DNA from: a virus | IMG/VR virus record: IMGVR_UViG_3300042750_000005 | Coordinates: 1 to 39,252 of that record | Length of the DNA: 39,252 bases | Direction: 5' to 3' (one strand) | Part shown: positions 8,475 through 17,250 of the stretch, one piece after another | Layout of the letters: each line of letters opens with the position of its first letter | Numbering within the stretch: the stretch's first letter is position 1 | Position numbers and translations under genes: made by a program | The notes under the pieces: generated by a model | Seen by the model: only the letters and a program-made list of their open reading frames with translations | Told to the model about the DNA's origin: nothing | Databases searched by the model: none

Positions 8475-10400
8475 ATGGCGACACAGCAGGATATAGCAGG
8501 GCTTTATGGATTGCTGGGCCGCGCGCCGGATCAGGCTGGTCTGGACTGGTGGACACAGCAGGCCAATAACGGCATGTCTATGGATGCTATCCGTCAAAGT
8601 TTCCAGAACGTCGCCAATGCGGGTACGGACCCCCTCAAGCCAGCCGCCCAACCGCAAGGATTGCTAGCTCCCACGCAATCGCCACCGCAGGCGAGCCAGT
8701 TGCCGCCAGCGGGCAACCATCCGTTAAACTCTTTGCAGAACTTCGGCCAAGGGCCGCGCCCGCCTTCTAATGCGCCGGTTACAGGCGGCGGCCCTACTGG
8801 CTTTGGTAACGTCCCGTATCTTCGCAGTGATGGGACTTATGACCCCGGTCAGGAATGGCGCGTTATGGCGGGCGGTCAGGCAAATTCTTCGACTCAGGGA
8901 TTGTTGGCACCGCAAACGCCTCAACCCGCCGCGCAACAGCAAGGACTGCCGTCGCTCCCTGAGCCTGCTTATAAGGGCCAAACCTTGCAACAGATGAAGG
9001 ATTTTATGCAGGGGTTGGCCGCAAAAGGGGTGGATATTTACGCCCCGGATTTCTATAAAAACCCTGAGTGGGATGCGTATATACAGGAGGACACGCGCCA
9101 ATTAAAGCCTGTTCTGGACGCGCAGCAAAAGCAGTATGCCGAGGAAGGCTATGTCGGCCCTGTCGGCTGGGGGAAAACACCTACGGACGTGTTGAGCCAA
9201 CAGATCGCGGCCAACCCGGCTATAGCAGAGGGCTGGCGGCAATATCTTCCGCCCGAAGCAATTGCGGGCAATAAACCGACTATCCCCGCCGCGCCCGGAA
9301 TGGGGGGCAACAACCCGCCACCCGGCCCGTTGCCTTGGCAGGCCCCGCAAGGACTGCTAGCTCCGCAACCTCCTGTTCCGGGTCAATATAATCAGGGCAT
9401 GACAGGTGCGCCTGCCGGGTCATTCCCCCGTCCCGCACCGAATTACTGGAACGGCAACGATTTCGTGATCCCGCATTTCCAGACGCCAGCATCAAGGCCG
9501 ACAAGTCCGTTGCTACCTACCGGAATTTCTGACGGCAACGCCAGCACCACCACGGCGGGCAATGCCCCTCAATCGACAGGGAGCACCGGCGGCATCATTG
9601 CAGGCGCAGCGCTTCCTGCTATTGCTGGACTCACTGGTGATGCGCTTATCAATGGGTTGGCGGCCAATCCCATTTCGGGGCCGGTTATAAGGGCATTAGG
9701 CATAACATCTGGCGCAATGGACGGGCTGGTTATGGGCGCGGACGGGCGGCTAAGCCGCGCACCGTCACCGCCGGGCGCGTTGCCGGGGACAGGTTTCGTG
9801 TCGCCGCAGTCACAGACATTCATGCAGAATTTCAATTCGGCCCTACAGCCAGGGTGGATGAACACGATAGGCGCGGGGCTGGCGGCGGTGCCAGACCTAT
9901 TGCAGGGGGATTACGCGCAGGCGGCTGGCGCTGGCGTTGGCACTTATGTTGGCGCGGCTGCTGGGACCGCTGCGGGCGCGGGGGTTGGCGGCATTCTTGG
10001 AAACTTTATCATCCCCGGCGTGGGTGGCTTCGCGGGCGGCCTGCTGGGCAAGGAGTTAGCCAAGGTTTTCGGCCCGGGTAAATCTGTTGGTCCTAACGCC
10101 GGTGCGAACCTTGCCGTGAACAACGGCATGGCGCAGTTCCAGAGCAGCGGAGCCGATAACAAAGGCAACACACAATATGTAGATCAATTCATCAATGCAG
10201 TAGCTATGGGCGCGAATGAGGCTGCGACGAATAACGGCGTTAAATTGAGCGATGGCGGCTACAGAATCGCGGTTGAGGTAATCGGCGGCAAGCTGAATGT
10301 CGTCGGGGCCGATGGGGTCAAGCGGTCGTTTGAGCCGGATCAGGGCAAGGAAGCATATCAGTACGCGGTGGAATCACTGTTGAAAAGCGGAAAAGCTTGA
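8475..10400 (+). CDS. DUF4214-domain, Pro/Gln-rich, glycine-zipper protein (putative internal virion or ejection protein)
   Basis: The N-terminus DIAGLYGLLGRAPDQAGLDWWTQQANNGMSMDAIRQSF is DUF4214-like. QGLLAP occurs three times. The C-terminal half holds GAGVGTYVGAAAGTAAGAGVGGILGNFIIPGVGGFAGGLLG. Confidence 0.55.
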   Translation: MATQQDIAGLYGLLGRAPDQAGLDWWTQQANNGMSMDAIRQSFQNVANAGTDPLKPAAQPQGLLAPTQSPPQASQLPPAGNHPLNSLQNFGQGPRPPSNAPVTGGGPTGFGNVPYLRSDGTYDPGQEWRVMAGGQANSSTQGLLAPQTPQPAAQQQGLPSLPEPAYKGQTLQQMKDFMQGLAAKGVDIYAPDFYKNPEWDAYIQEDTRQLKPVLDAQQKQYAEEGYVGPVGWGKTPTDVLSQQIAANPAIAEGWRQYLPPEAIAGNKPTIPAAPGMGGNNPPPGPLPWQAPQGLLAPQPPVPGQYNQGMTGAPAGSFPRPAPNYWNGNDFVIPHFQTPASRPTSPLLPTGISDGNASTTTAGNAPQSTGSTGGIIAGAALPAIAGLTGDALINGLAANPISGPVIRALGITSGAMDGLVMGADGRLSRAPSPPGALPGTGFVSPQSQTFMQNFNSALQPGWMNTIGAGLAAVPDLLQGDYAQAAGAGVGTYVGAAAGTAAGAGVGGILGNFIIPGVGGFAGGLLGKELAKVFGPGKSVGPNAGANLAVNNGMAQFQSSGADNKGNTQYVDQFINAVAMGANEAATNNGVKLSDGGYRIAVEVIGGKLNVVGADGVKRSFEPDQGKEAYQYAVESLLKSGKA

Positions 10401-10444
10401 TTTTCACATAATCTGTGTGTAGTATAGGATAACAGGAGCGGCCA

Positions 10445-11236
10445 ATGGGTGTATTCGACATTTTTCCTGAAGCAACTCCCGCGACATCGACGCAGACCTC
10501 TGCGCCGTGGGCGGGGGTGCAGCCGTACCTAGTGGACCTGATGAATCAGGCGCGGCTTAATTATCAAAGCGGCGCGGGGCAGAATTATTTCCCCGGCTCT
10601 ACTGTGGTTCCATTCTCTCCCCAGACCAACACCGCTTTGGGGATGATGGAAAACCGGGCCATGCAGGGCAGCCCTGTGACCCGTTCGGCGCAAACACAGA
10701 TTACCGATACGCTGGGCGGCAAGTATCTCGACCCCACGCAGAACCCGGCCTATCGTTTCATGGCGGATGATGTGACGAATAAGGTCAATAGCGCGTTCAG
10801 CCTTGCTGGCAGGACGGGCAGCCCGGCCCATGCGGGGACGCTTGCGAAGGGCATCATGCAGGGCGGCGCGGGGATGTACGACGCCGAACGGGCAAGGCAG
10901 ATGCAATCGCTTGGCATGGCTGGCCCTGTAGGCCAGATGGATTTGACGGATGCGCAGCTTATGGCGCAATCCGGCACCGCGAGAGAAGGGCAAGCCAACC
11001 AGCAGATACAGGACTTGATGAGCCGCTTTAATTTCTCGCAGCAGGCCCCGAACGCCGCATTGCAGCAATATATGCAGATCGTGCAGGGCATCGGCAATCA
11101 GGGCGGGACACAAACCACAACAGATAGGGCGGGCAACAATCCGTTCCTGAACATCCTTAGCGGAGCGGCAACGGGCGGGGGCATAGCTGGGTGGCCGGGT
11201 GCTGCTATCGGCGCTGGCTTAGGGCTGTTGGGCTGA
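10445..11236 (+). CDS. Putative internal virion or ejection protein with a Gly-rich C-terminus
   Basis: AACAGGAG ribosome-binding site before ATG 10445. 263 aa. The C-terminus reads ILSGAATGGGIAGWPGAAIGAGLGLLG. Confidence 0.45.
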   Translation: MGVFDIFPEATPATSTQTSAPWAGVQPYLVDLMNQARLNYQSGAGQNYFPGSTVVPFSPQTNTALGMMENRAMQGSPVTRSAQTQITDTLGGKYLDPTQNPAYRFMADDVTNKVNSAFSLAGRTGSPAHAGTLAKGIMQGGAGMYDAERARQMQSLGMAGPVGQMDLTDAQLMAQSGTAREGQANQQIQDLMSRFNFSQQAPNAALQQYMQIVQGIGNQGGTQTTTDRAGNNPFLNILSGAATGGGIAGWPGAAIGAGLGLLG

Positions 11237-12426
11237 TGGCGGGACTTCTCTCAAGTCTGGACAATACCCCGACTGAGGATGGCGGGTTATCGCCTCTGAA
11301 ACAGGCGTTGCTGGCTGCTGGGCAGATGTTTGCACAGGCGAGCGCACAAGGGGCCAGAACAGGTCAGGGCATCACTGCGGGGCTGGGTGCGGGCGGTCAG
11401 GCATATCAAGGCGCCATTGAAGGCAAACGCAAGGCGAAGCGCGAGAAAACCAAAGACGATGCAGAGCAGGCATTGATAGCCGAAAAGATGGCGGAGATTG
11501 AGCGCACGAAGGCGCAGGCCGCGCAGTTGATGCAGTTTCTTGGGCCTGTGGACACGGGCGCGGCAACTGGCGGCATTTTAGGCATATCCCCACAAGAGCG
11601 CGCGCTGTATCTGGCGATGGACCCCGGAGACGCGACAAAGGCCATTCTGGACAGGGTGAAGCCTGCCGATCCTCAAAGCGGCGCGGGGAAGCTTGCATTC
11701 GATCTGGCGCGGGGCCTCATTACGAAGCAAGATTATGACGCGCTTATTAAAAAGCAGACATACATTGCTCCGACTGAGGGAGCGGGGGGGCAACAGCTAA
11801 AGCTTATCCCCCAGGGCGACATGTTGATTCCACAAAATTATGATCCTTCAGCAGGGACGCTTTCTCCAATACCCGGCGCGCAGCCCGCCCCAAGATCAGC
11901 AACCGCATCTGCTTCTGGCAAGCCGTTACCGACGCCCGCGATAAACAAGCTTACCGATATGGGCGCTGTTGCTGAAAGCTCATCCAGGTTTGCGCAAACA
12001 TTCAGGCCCGAATATGGCGGCCATACGGCGCTTGGTGATTTAAGTAACACCGCTGGCCGAATGTTGGGCGACGAAACGGGGCAATCGCAGTGGTGGCAGG
12101 ATTACACTCTACACGCATCGACAGTCCGCAACAAGTTGTTTGGTTCGGCGCTGACCGCAACGGAAGTTGCAGAATGGGACAAGAGTACCATAAGCCCGCG
12201 AATGGAGCCGGGGCAGATAGCAAAAAACCTTGCCCGACGGGAAAAAATAGAGCGCAAGGGGCTGGCAAGGCAGGTAAAGACCTACGCAACCGGCAGATAT
12301 ATCCCGGAGCAGATTGAGGCGGCGACGGGCATGTCGGTAGATGATGCGGACGCTATACTAAGCGGAAAAGACACTGCTGCACCTGTAGATGCTCAGGGCG
12401 GCATTAAATTCCTGGGGTTTGAATAA
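11236..12426 (+). CDS. Putative internal virion or ejection protein
   Basis: TGATG junction at 11234-11238. 396 aa with low-complexity Ala/Gly/Gln and a Lys/Glu helix. Confidence 0.45.
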   Translation: MAGLLSSLDNTPTEDGGLSPLKQALLAAGQMFAQASAQGARTGQGITAGLGAGGQAYQGAIEGKRKAKREKTKDDAEQALIAEKMAEIERTKAQAAQLMQFLGPVDTGAATGGILGISPQERALYLAMDPGDATKAILDRVKPADPQSGAGKLAFDLARGLITKQDYDALIKKQTYIAPTEGAGGQQLKLIPQGDMLIPQNYDPSAGTLSPIPGAQPAPRSATASASGKPLPTPAINKLTDMGAVAESSSRFAQTFRPEYGGHTALGDLSNTAGRMLGDETGQSQWWQDYTLHASTVRNKLFGSALTATEVAEWDKSTISPRMEPGQIAKNLARREKIERKGLARQVKTYATGRYIPEQIEAATGMSVDDADAILSGKDTAAPVDAQGGIKFLGFE

Positions 12427-14066
12427 TGCCCATTGCCAAGGTCCAGATGCCAGACGGCAGGATAGGCCGCTTTGAAGTGCCGGAAGGTACGACAGAACAG
12501 CAGGTTCTGGATTTTATCCAGTCCTCTGATCCCGCACCGGATGCAGCCAAGCCGCCGCTTGCATGGTCAGATGTTCCAATGAAGGCGATAGGAAATCTCC
12601 CCGGTAGTTTCGGCAACCTTGTTAAAAACACGGTTGCGCCTATCATTTCGCCTGTGGAAACCGGCAAGGCGTTATATTCAGCGGCGTCTGGCGCGGCAAA
12701 GAATATCGCGTCGCCACTATTCCCTGTAAAGCCGGGGGACAAGGATGTTGAAACGGCTAACGCTGTCGGAAAATTCTTCATGGACCGTTACGGCAGTGAA
12801 GAAGGCTGGAAAAAAGCCATAGCGGAAGACCCAGCAGGGGTTCTTGCCGATATATCGACGGTGCTTTCAATGGGCGGCGGTCTTGCGGCGAAATTGCCGG
12901 GGACGGCTGGCGCGGCGGGTGGCGCGGTGAAAACCGCTGGGCAGGCCATGAACCCCATATCGCTTGCATTCAGGGGGGCCGATAAGCTTGCCAGCAAAGT
13001 GGTTGAGCCGGTCGTTTCAAACGCGCTTGGGGTTACTACCGGGGCCGGTGCATCTGCTATCCGTGAGGCGGCTAAAGCGGGGGTAAATGGCGGCGATCAG
13101 CTTGACGCTCTGACTTCCCAGATGCGCGGCACGGCCCCGATAGAGGACGTTGTAAGCGAAGCCAAAACCGCCGTCAATGTGATGAAACAGCAGCGCGGAG
13201 AGGCTTACCGTGCGTCATCAGCATGGAAGGCGGACCCGGCAAAGCTACAGTTTGCGCCGGTTGAAAGGGCGTATGTAAAACTGTTTGAATCCATGTCTAT
13301 CAATGGCGATACCGGGCATATGAAGGTTGGCGCTGACACGACAAGGAAACTGAACGAAATCGGGCAAGTGCTAAACGAATGGAAGGCCGACCCGGCGCTG
13401 CATACAGTTGAGGGGTTCGACGCTCTGAAACAGCGGATTGATGATTTAATGCCGCCACGCACGGACGCCGGGCAATCTGGCCGCGCCGTTACTGCAATGC
13501 GCAACGCTGTTAAAGACACCATTGTCAAGCAGGCTCCGGCTTACGCAAAGACCATGCGGGAATATGAAGTAGCATCTGAATTGATAAAGGATGTTGAGTC
13601 GTCATTGTCCCTTGGCAAAAAAGCCAATGTAGATACCGCGCTGCGCAAACTGCAATCAGTCATGCGGAATAACGCCAATACGAATTACGGGCGCAGGGCG
13701 CAGTTGGGGCAAACGCTTGTTGATGCTGGCGCGGAAACCCTCATGCCCAAAATAGCCGGGCAGATGCTGAGCAGTGCAACGCCGCGAGGATTGCAGGCGC
13801 TTGGGGCGTCCGGGGCGGGCGTTACTGCGCTTATGACAAACCCCTCATATCTGCCGGGTCTGGCATTCGCGTCCCCGCGCATTGTTGGTGAGGGTGCTTT
13901 ATTGGCTGGCAAGGCGGCGCGGCCTGTCAAAGGGCTGCTGGACGCGATTGACCCTGTAATTCCGCCCACAGACGTTGCGGCGCTTCTCTACCAGTCTGGC
14001 AGGTTGAAAGAACAGTCCGAGCCGCTACGGGTTGACGTAAAGAACAGGAGAAAAGGCCGTGAGTGA
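12426..14066 (+). CDS. Putative internal virion or ejection protein
   Basis: TAATG start. 546 aa. The N-terminus KVQMPDGRIGRFEVPEGTTEQQVLDFI is a motif seen in podovirus internal proteins. The rest is Ala/Gly-rich and helical. Confidence 0.45.
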   Translation: MPIAKVQMPDGRIGRFEVPEGTTEQQVLDFIQSSDPAPDAAKPPLAWSDVPMKAIGNLPGSFGNLVKNTVAPIISPVETGKALYSAASGAAKNIASPLFPVKPGDKDVETANAVGKFFMDRYGSEEGWKKAIAEDPAGVLADISTVLSMGGGLAAKLPGTAGAAGGAVKTAGQAMNPISLAFRGADKLASKVVEPVVSNALGVTTGAGASAIREAAKAGVNGGDQLDALTSQMRGTAPIEDVVSEAKTAVNVMKQQRGEAYRASSAWKADPAKLQFAPVERAYVKLFESMSINGDTGHMKVGADTTRKLNEIGQVLNEWKADPALHTVEGFDALKQRIDDLMPPRTDAGQSGRAVTAMRNAVKDTIVKQAPAYAKTMREYEVASELIKDVESSLSLGKKANVDTALRKLQSVMRNNANTNYGRRAQLGQTLVDAGAETLMPKIAGQMLSSATPRGLQALGASGAGVTALMTNPSYLPGLAFASPRIVGEGALLAGKAARPVKGLLDAIDPVIPPTDVAALLYQSGRLKEQSEPLRVDVKNRRKGRE

Positions 14067-14922
14067 AATTTATAGTTGGAGTGAGACGGCGGCGAGCAAT
14101 AACTCCGCCGTGCCGAACGGCTGGCCAGAGGGTCAGTTACCCTCCACGGTGAACGATTGCGCCCGTGAGATGATGGCGGCGCTCAATCGCGACTGGAACC
14201 GCTCTCACGTCACCATATCATCCACCGGCTCGGCCAATGCGTATGTGCTGACCTACTCTAATGCGCCGACACTGACGCATGGGATGATATTCTCGTTCAA
14301 GGCGAACTTCGCGAACACCGGGACGGCGACGGCGAACGTCAATTCTCTGGGCGCGGTATCAATTGTCCTAGTAGACGGCGCATCAGCGCTTACAACCGGA
14401 GATATTCTGGTTAATCAACACGTTGTTCTGAGTTACGATAGCGCGCTCGGAAAAATGGTGATGCTCAGCCCGCGCGGGTCAGCGGCAGGGCCAGTTGGCG
14501 ATCATGCTGTTGTTGTCCATACAGGGAACGGCCACGGCTCCACAAACAACAAAATCCGTCGTTTCACGACAACAATGACAAACACAGGCACGGCAATCAC
14601 GTATGCAGACAGCGCCGCTAACGGTGGGTCTTTTACGATCAACGAAACCGGCTTTTACGCAATTATTTATCGTGATTTCTATAGCGCTGCGAATGCGCAA
14701 TACGGGGTCACAGTAAATTCCGCGCAGCTAACGACGACGATTACTTCGACCGCAGTAGCAAACCGACTGGGCGCTGTGGGAGAGTCAGCGGGCGTAGCTG
14801 CCAATTTTTCCTGCGTTGAAAGATTTACCGCAGGGGATGTTATTCGGGCGCACACGAGCGGCACACCTGATGGTGCCACTGATCTGGTTAAATTCTCAAT
14901 ACGAAAAGTTGGCAACACATAA
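14059..14922 (+). CDS. Tail fibre protein
   Basis: GTG start with AGGAG 8 nt upstream. The N-terminus WSETAASNNSAVPNGWPEGQLPSTVNDCAREMMAALNRDW matches the conserved N-terminal anchor motif of many proteobacterial phage fibre proteins. Confidence 0.6.
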   Translation: MSEIYSWSETAASNNSAVPNGWPEGQLPSTVNDCAREMMAALNRDWNRSHVTISSTGSANAYVLTYSNAPTLTHGMIFSFKANFANTGTATANVNSLGAVSIVLVDGASALTTGDILVNQHVVLSYDSALGKMVMLSPRGSAAGPVGDHAVVVHTGNGHGSTNNKIRRFTTTMTNTGTAITYADSAANGGSFTINETGFYAIIYRDFYSAANAQYGVTVNSAQLTTTITSTAVANRLGAVGESAGVAANFSCVERFTAGDVIRAHTSGTPDGATDLVKFSIRKVGNT

Positions 14923-14957
14923 TGACTCCGGCAGAGAAACAGATCACGAAAACGTGA
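14922..14957 (+). pseudogene. Ghost N-terminus (MTPAEKQITKT-stop) homologous to the start of the 15041 gene
   Basis: atgactccggcagagaaacagatcacgaaaacgtga compared with atgacacctaacgaaaagcagatcacgcaaatc at 15041. Eight of the first nine residues are identical, with four synonymous codon differences. Its ATG overlaps the fibre-gene stop as TAATG. Confidence 0.45.
14944..14957. promoter_or_regulatory. Perfect palindrome TCACG-AAAA-CGTGA (operator-like)
   Basis: Read directly from the sequence. The same half-sites and spacing occur at 33241-33256. It lies in the 119-bp gap upstream of the DUF4214-protease gene. Confidence 0.4.
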
Positions 14958-15040
14958 ACAGGCGTTAACCAAATGACTGGACCGGCTGCAACCATATCCT
15001 ATCTGCCAAGCAATCACGCTGGTGGACAGGGAGCAAGCAA

Positions 15041-16135
15041 ATGACACCTAACGAAAAGCAGATCACGCAAATCTACATAGGATATTTCGACCGTGCGGCT
15101 GACCGTGACGGCTTTAATTTCTGGCTGGCGCAGGCCAATGCTGGCGCGGCCATAGTAGATATTGCCTACTCATTTTCCCTTGGATCAGAATATCTCTCTA
15201 TCTATGGGGGGCTATCGCATGGCGAGCTTGTGGATAAGATTTATGCTCATTTGTTTAATCGTGCGCCTGATCTGGAGGGGCGATCCTATTGGTTGAACGA
15301 ACTGGCGAACGGCAAGCCCACGGCAAGGCTTCTGATCGACATCATATCCGGCGCGCAGGGCAATGATAAGATTATTCTGGAGAACGCCGCCATTGTGGCC
15401 AGGGATTGGACAGATCGCTCGCCAGCGGCCTTTACGATAGCAGACGCACAGAATGCCATAGCCTCTATCAATGAGGTCCAGCCGGTCACGGGAAACGGCC
15501 TGACGGTCAATATAACCGACGCCGCCTTGTTGCCATGGCAGAACGAGATTGGCGCTGCAATGAAGGCCGCATGGGGACAGTGGGAACTGCATTTCGACAA
15601 TGTGTCCCAGATACAAATCGACGTGGACTACCACCCTATTCCGGGCGGAGGCCAGATCGCGTCCGCCGCGCCGGGCATGGAAGTAGTCACGGCATCCGGT
15701 TACACGCAATCCGGCGTGGCGCAGGAAATCATCACCGGCATGGACCCGAACGGCAACATGGCGGATGGTTTTATCAACCTTCATATGACGCCGGACGAAC
15801 TGGCTTCCTACGCCCCGATCACCACGGTCATGGCGCATGAGATAGGCCACCTGATCGCATACCGGACACAGATCAATAACGCCAATGCCGAACACCTCAC
15901 CAACTATGACGGCTTTATCAGCGCGGAGGGCGGAGTGCTTTCATTCAATGGCCCGAACGCAGTCGCAGCTTATGGCGGGCCGGTTCCCATCCATCGCATC
16001 GGCGCGTTTAACAATTACGCCCACGTAGATGACGGAAATCTGTTGATGTATCCGTATGTTAGCTTATACGATTTCAAGATGCCCGGCATCGTTGATTTTG
16101 GGGTAATCGCGGATATGGGAATAACGGTAACATAG
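15041..16135 (+). CDS. DUF4214 domain plus HExxH zinc-metalloprotease-like protein
   Basis: The N-terminus QIYIGYFDRAADRDGFNFWLAQANAG...LFNRAPDLEGRSYWLNELANGK is DUF4214-like. The C-terminal half carries TVMAHEIGHLIAY (HExxH). GGGAG ribosome-binding site. Confidence 0.6.
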   Translation: MTPNEKQITQIYIGYFDRAADRDGFNFWLAQANAGAAIVDIAYSFSLGSEYLSIYGGLSHGELVDKIYAHLFNRAPDLEGRSYWLNELANGKPTARLLIDIISGAQGNDKIILENAAIVARDWTDRSPAAFTIADAQNAIASINEVQPVTGNGLTVNITDAALLPWQNEIGAAMKAAWGQWELHFDNVSQIQIDVDYHPIPGGGQIASAAPGMEVVTASGYTQSGVAQEIITGMDPNGNMADGFINLHMTPDELASYAPITTVMAHEIGHLIAYRTQINNANAEHLTNYDGFISAEGGVLSFNGPNAVAAYGGPVPIHRIGAFNNYAHVDDGNLLMYPYVSLYDFKMPGIVDFGVIADMGITVT

Positions 16136-16145
16136 GAGTGATCAA

Positions 16146-16469
16146 ATGAGATACGCAATCCCCGTTCTGGCCCTGCTGGCCCTGTCAGCATGCAGTACAT
16201 ATCCCGGAAGCCCCCAAAACTACGCTGGCATCAATCACGGGGAATTTCATATTGACCCGAAAACCGGCGCGGTGGATATTACCGTGACTGGCGGCAAGGA
16301 CGGCGAAAACGTGGCATTCACGATAAAGGGGCCGAACGGGCTAGACGCCACATACACAGCCACGAAGGTTGATGCAGCAGCCGCACAGGCCCAGGCATCG
16401 GCTGCAAATGCAGCAATCATGGAGCGTCTGGCCACCAGCGCCGACAAGCTGATTGATAAAATCCCGTGA
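16146..16469 (+). CDS. Lipoprotein
   Basis: MRYAIPVLALLALSAC is a signal peptide with an L-S-A-C lipobox. GGAG lies 8 nt upstream. Confidence 0.7.
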   Translation: MRYAIPVLALLALSACSTYPGSPQNYAGINHGEFHIDPKTGAVDITVTGGKDGENVAFTIKGPNGLDATYTATKVDAAAAQAQASAANAAIMERLATSADKLIDKIP

Positions 16470-16771
16470 GCGAGGGCAATGACAGGGACATGCACCAACT
16501 GCTGGGAGCGCTCAAGCGGGACATGGAAAGCAGCATTTCGCAACGCACCGACCTGTTTGTGCTTGTACGCGACGTGGGGATTCAGGTGGCGACATTGGTT
16601 TCAGAACTGAAAGCGCACATGGACAAGGAGGACAGCCTTGAGGCCAGCCACAGCAAGCTGACTGATCGCGTGACCAAGATAGAGCGCGACCAGAGCAAGA
16701 TTGCCGGGGCGTTCGCGCTGATCGCCGCCAGCATGGGCGGGACGTGGGGCAAGATAACGGGGTGGTTTTGA
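16466..16771 (+). CDS. Coiled-coil protein with a C-terminal membrane anchor (DUF1515-like)
   Basis: GTGA overlap start. The central part is helical (SELKAHMDKEDSLEASHSKLTDRVTKIERDQSK) and is followed by IAGAFALIAASMGGTWGKITGWF. It resembles DUF1515 proteins of alphaproteobacterial prophages, from memory. Confidence 0.4.
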   Translation: MSEGNDRDMHQLLGALKRDMESSISQRTDLFVLVRDVGIQVATLVSELKAHMDKEDSLEASHSKLTDRVTKIERDQSKIAGAFALIAASMGGTWGKITGWF

Positions 16772-17229
16772 TGACTACAATCGCATACCGAGACGGCGTA
16801 TTGGCCGCTGACACGTTGCTAAACGCCATTGCGGGACACGACCGTGTTACCAAGCTAAAGCGACGGGGGAATGCCGTTTACGGTGTAGCTGGCGTTCTTG
16901 TCGATTGCGAAGCCCTTGCTGATTGGTATTTCGGCCCCAGAAACGCCCCGCCTAAATATTTCCTGATCGGCGACGAAAGACCTTCCGCGCAGATTATCGT
17001 CATACACGATGACGGCAAGGTCTATAGCTCCGGATGGGGAGGACACGCCGTTGAGGTCACTAGCTATGTTGCTATAGGCAGTGGATCGGAATATGCGGTC
17101 GGGGCCATGTACATGGGCGCAGACGCGATTCATGCTGTTCAGGCCGCCATGCGCCACGACACTGACACTGGCGGCGAGATAGACTGGGCGGGCGTCGGTC
17201 ACGAAGTGTCACGGTATTCAAATGATTAA
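16771..17229 (+). CDS. Proteasome-beta / HslV-like Ntn-hydrolase family protein
   Basis: The ATG at 16771 overlaps the previous stop. The product starts MTTIAYRDGVLAADT, giving Thr after Met as in HslV TTIV. It also has TKLKRRG (Lys) and AIGSGSEYAVGA, compared with HslV AIGSGGPYA. Confidence 0.6.
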   Translation: MTTIAYRDGVLAADTLLNAIAGHDRVTKLKRRGNAVYGVAGVLVDCEALADWYFGPRNAPPKYFLIGDERPSAQIIVIHDDGKVYSSGWGGHAVEVTSYVAIGSGSEYAVGAMYMGADAIHAVQAAMRHDTDTGGEIDWAGVGHEVSRYSND

Positions 17230-17250
17230 CCAAACAGGAGATAGTAGAGC

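Noticed and set aside
8640-9400. Reiterated QGLLAP-coding segments considered as a DNA repeat array or CRISPR-like structure.
   Set aside because: The copies differ at many synonymous positions and have irregular spacing. All are in frame within one ORF, so this is a peptide-level motif and not a DNA repeat array.
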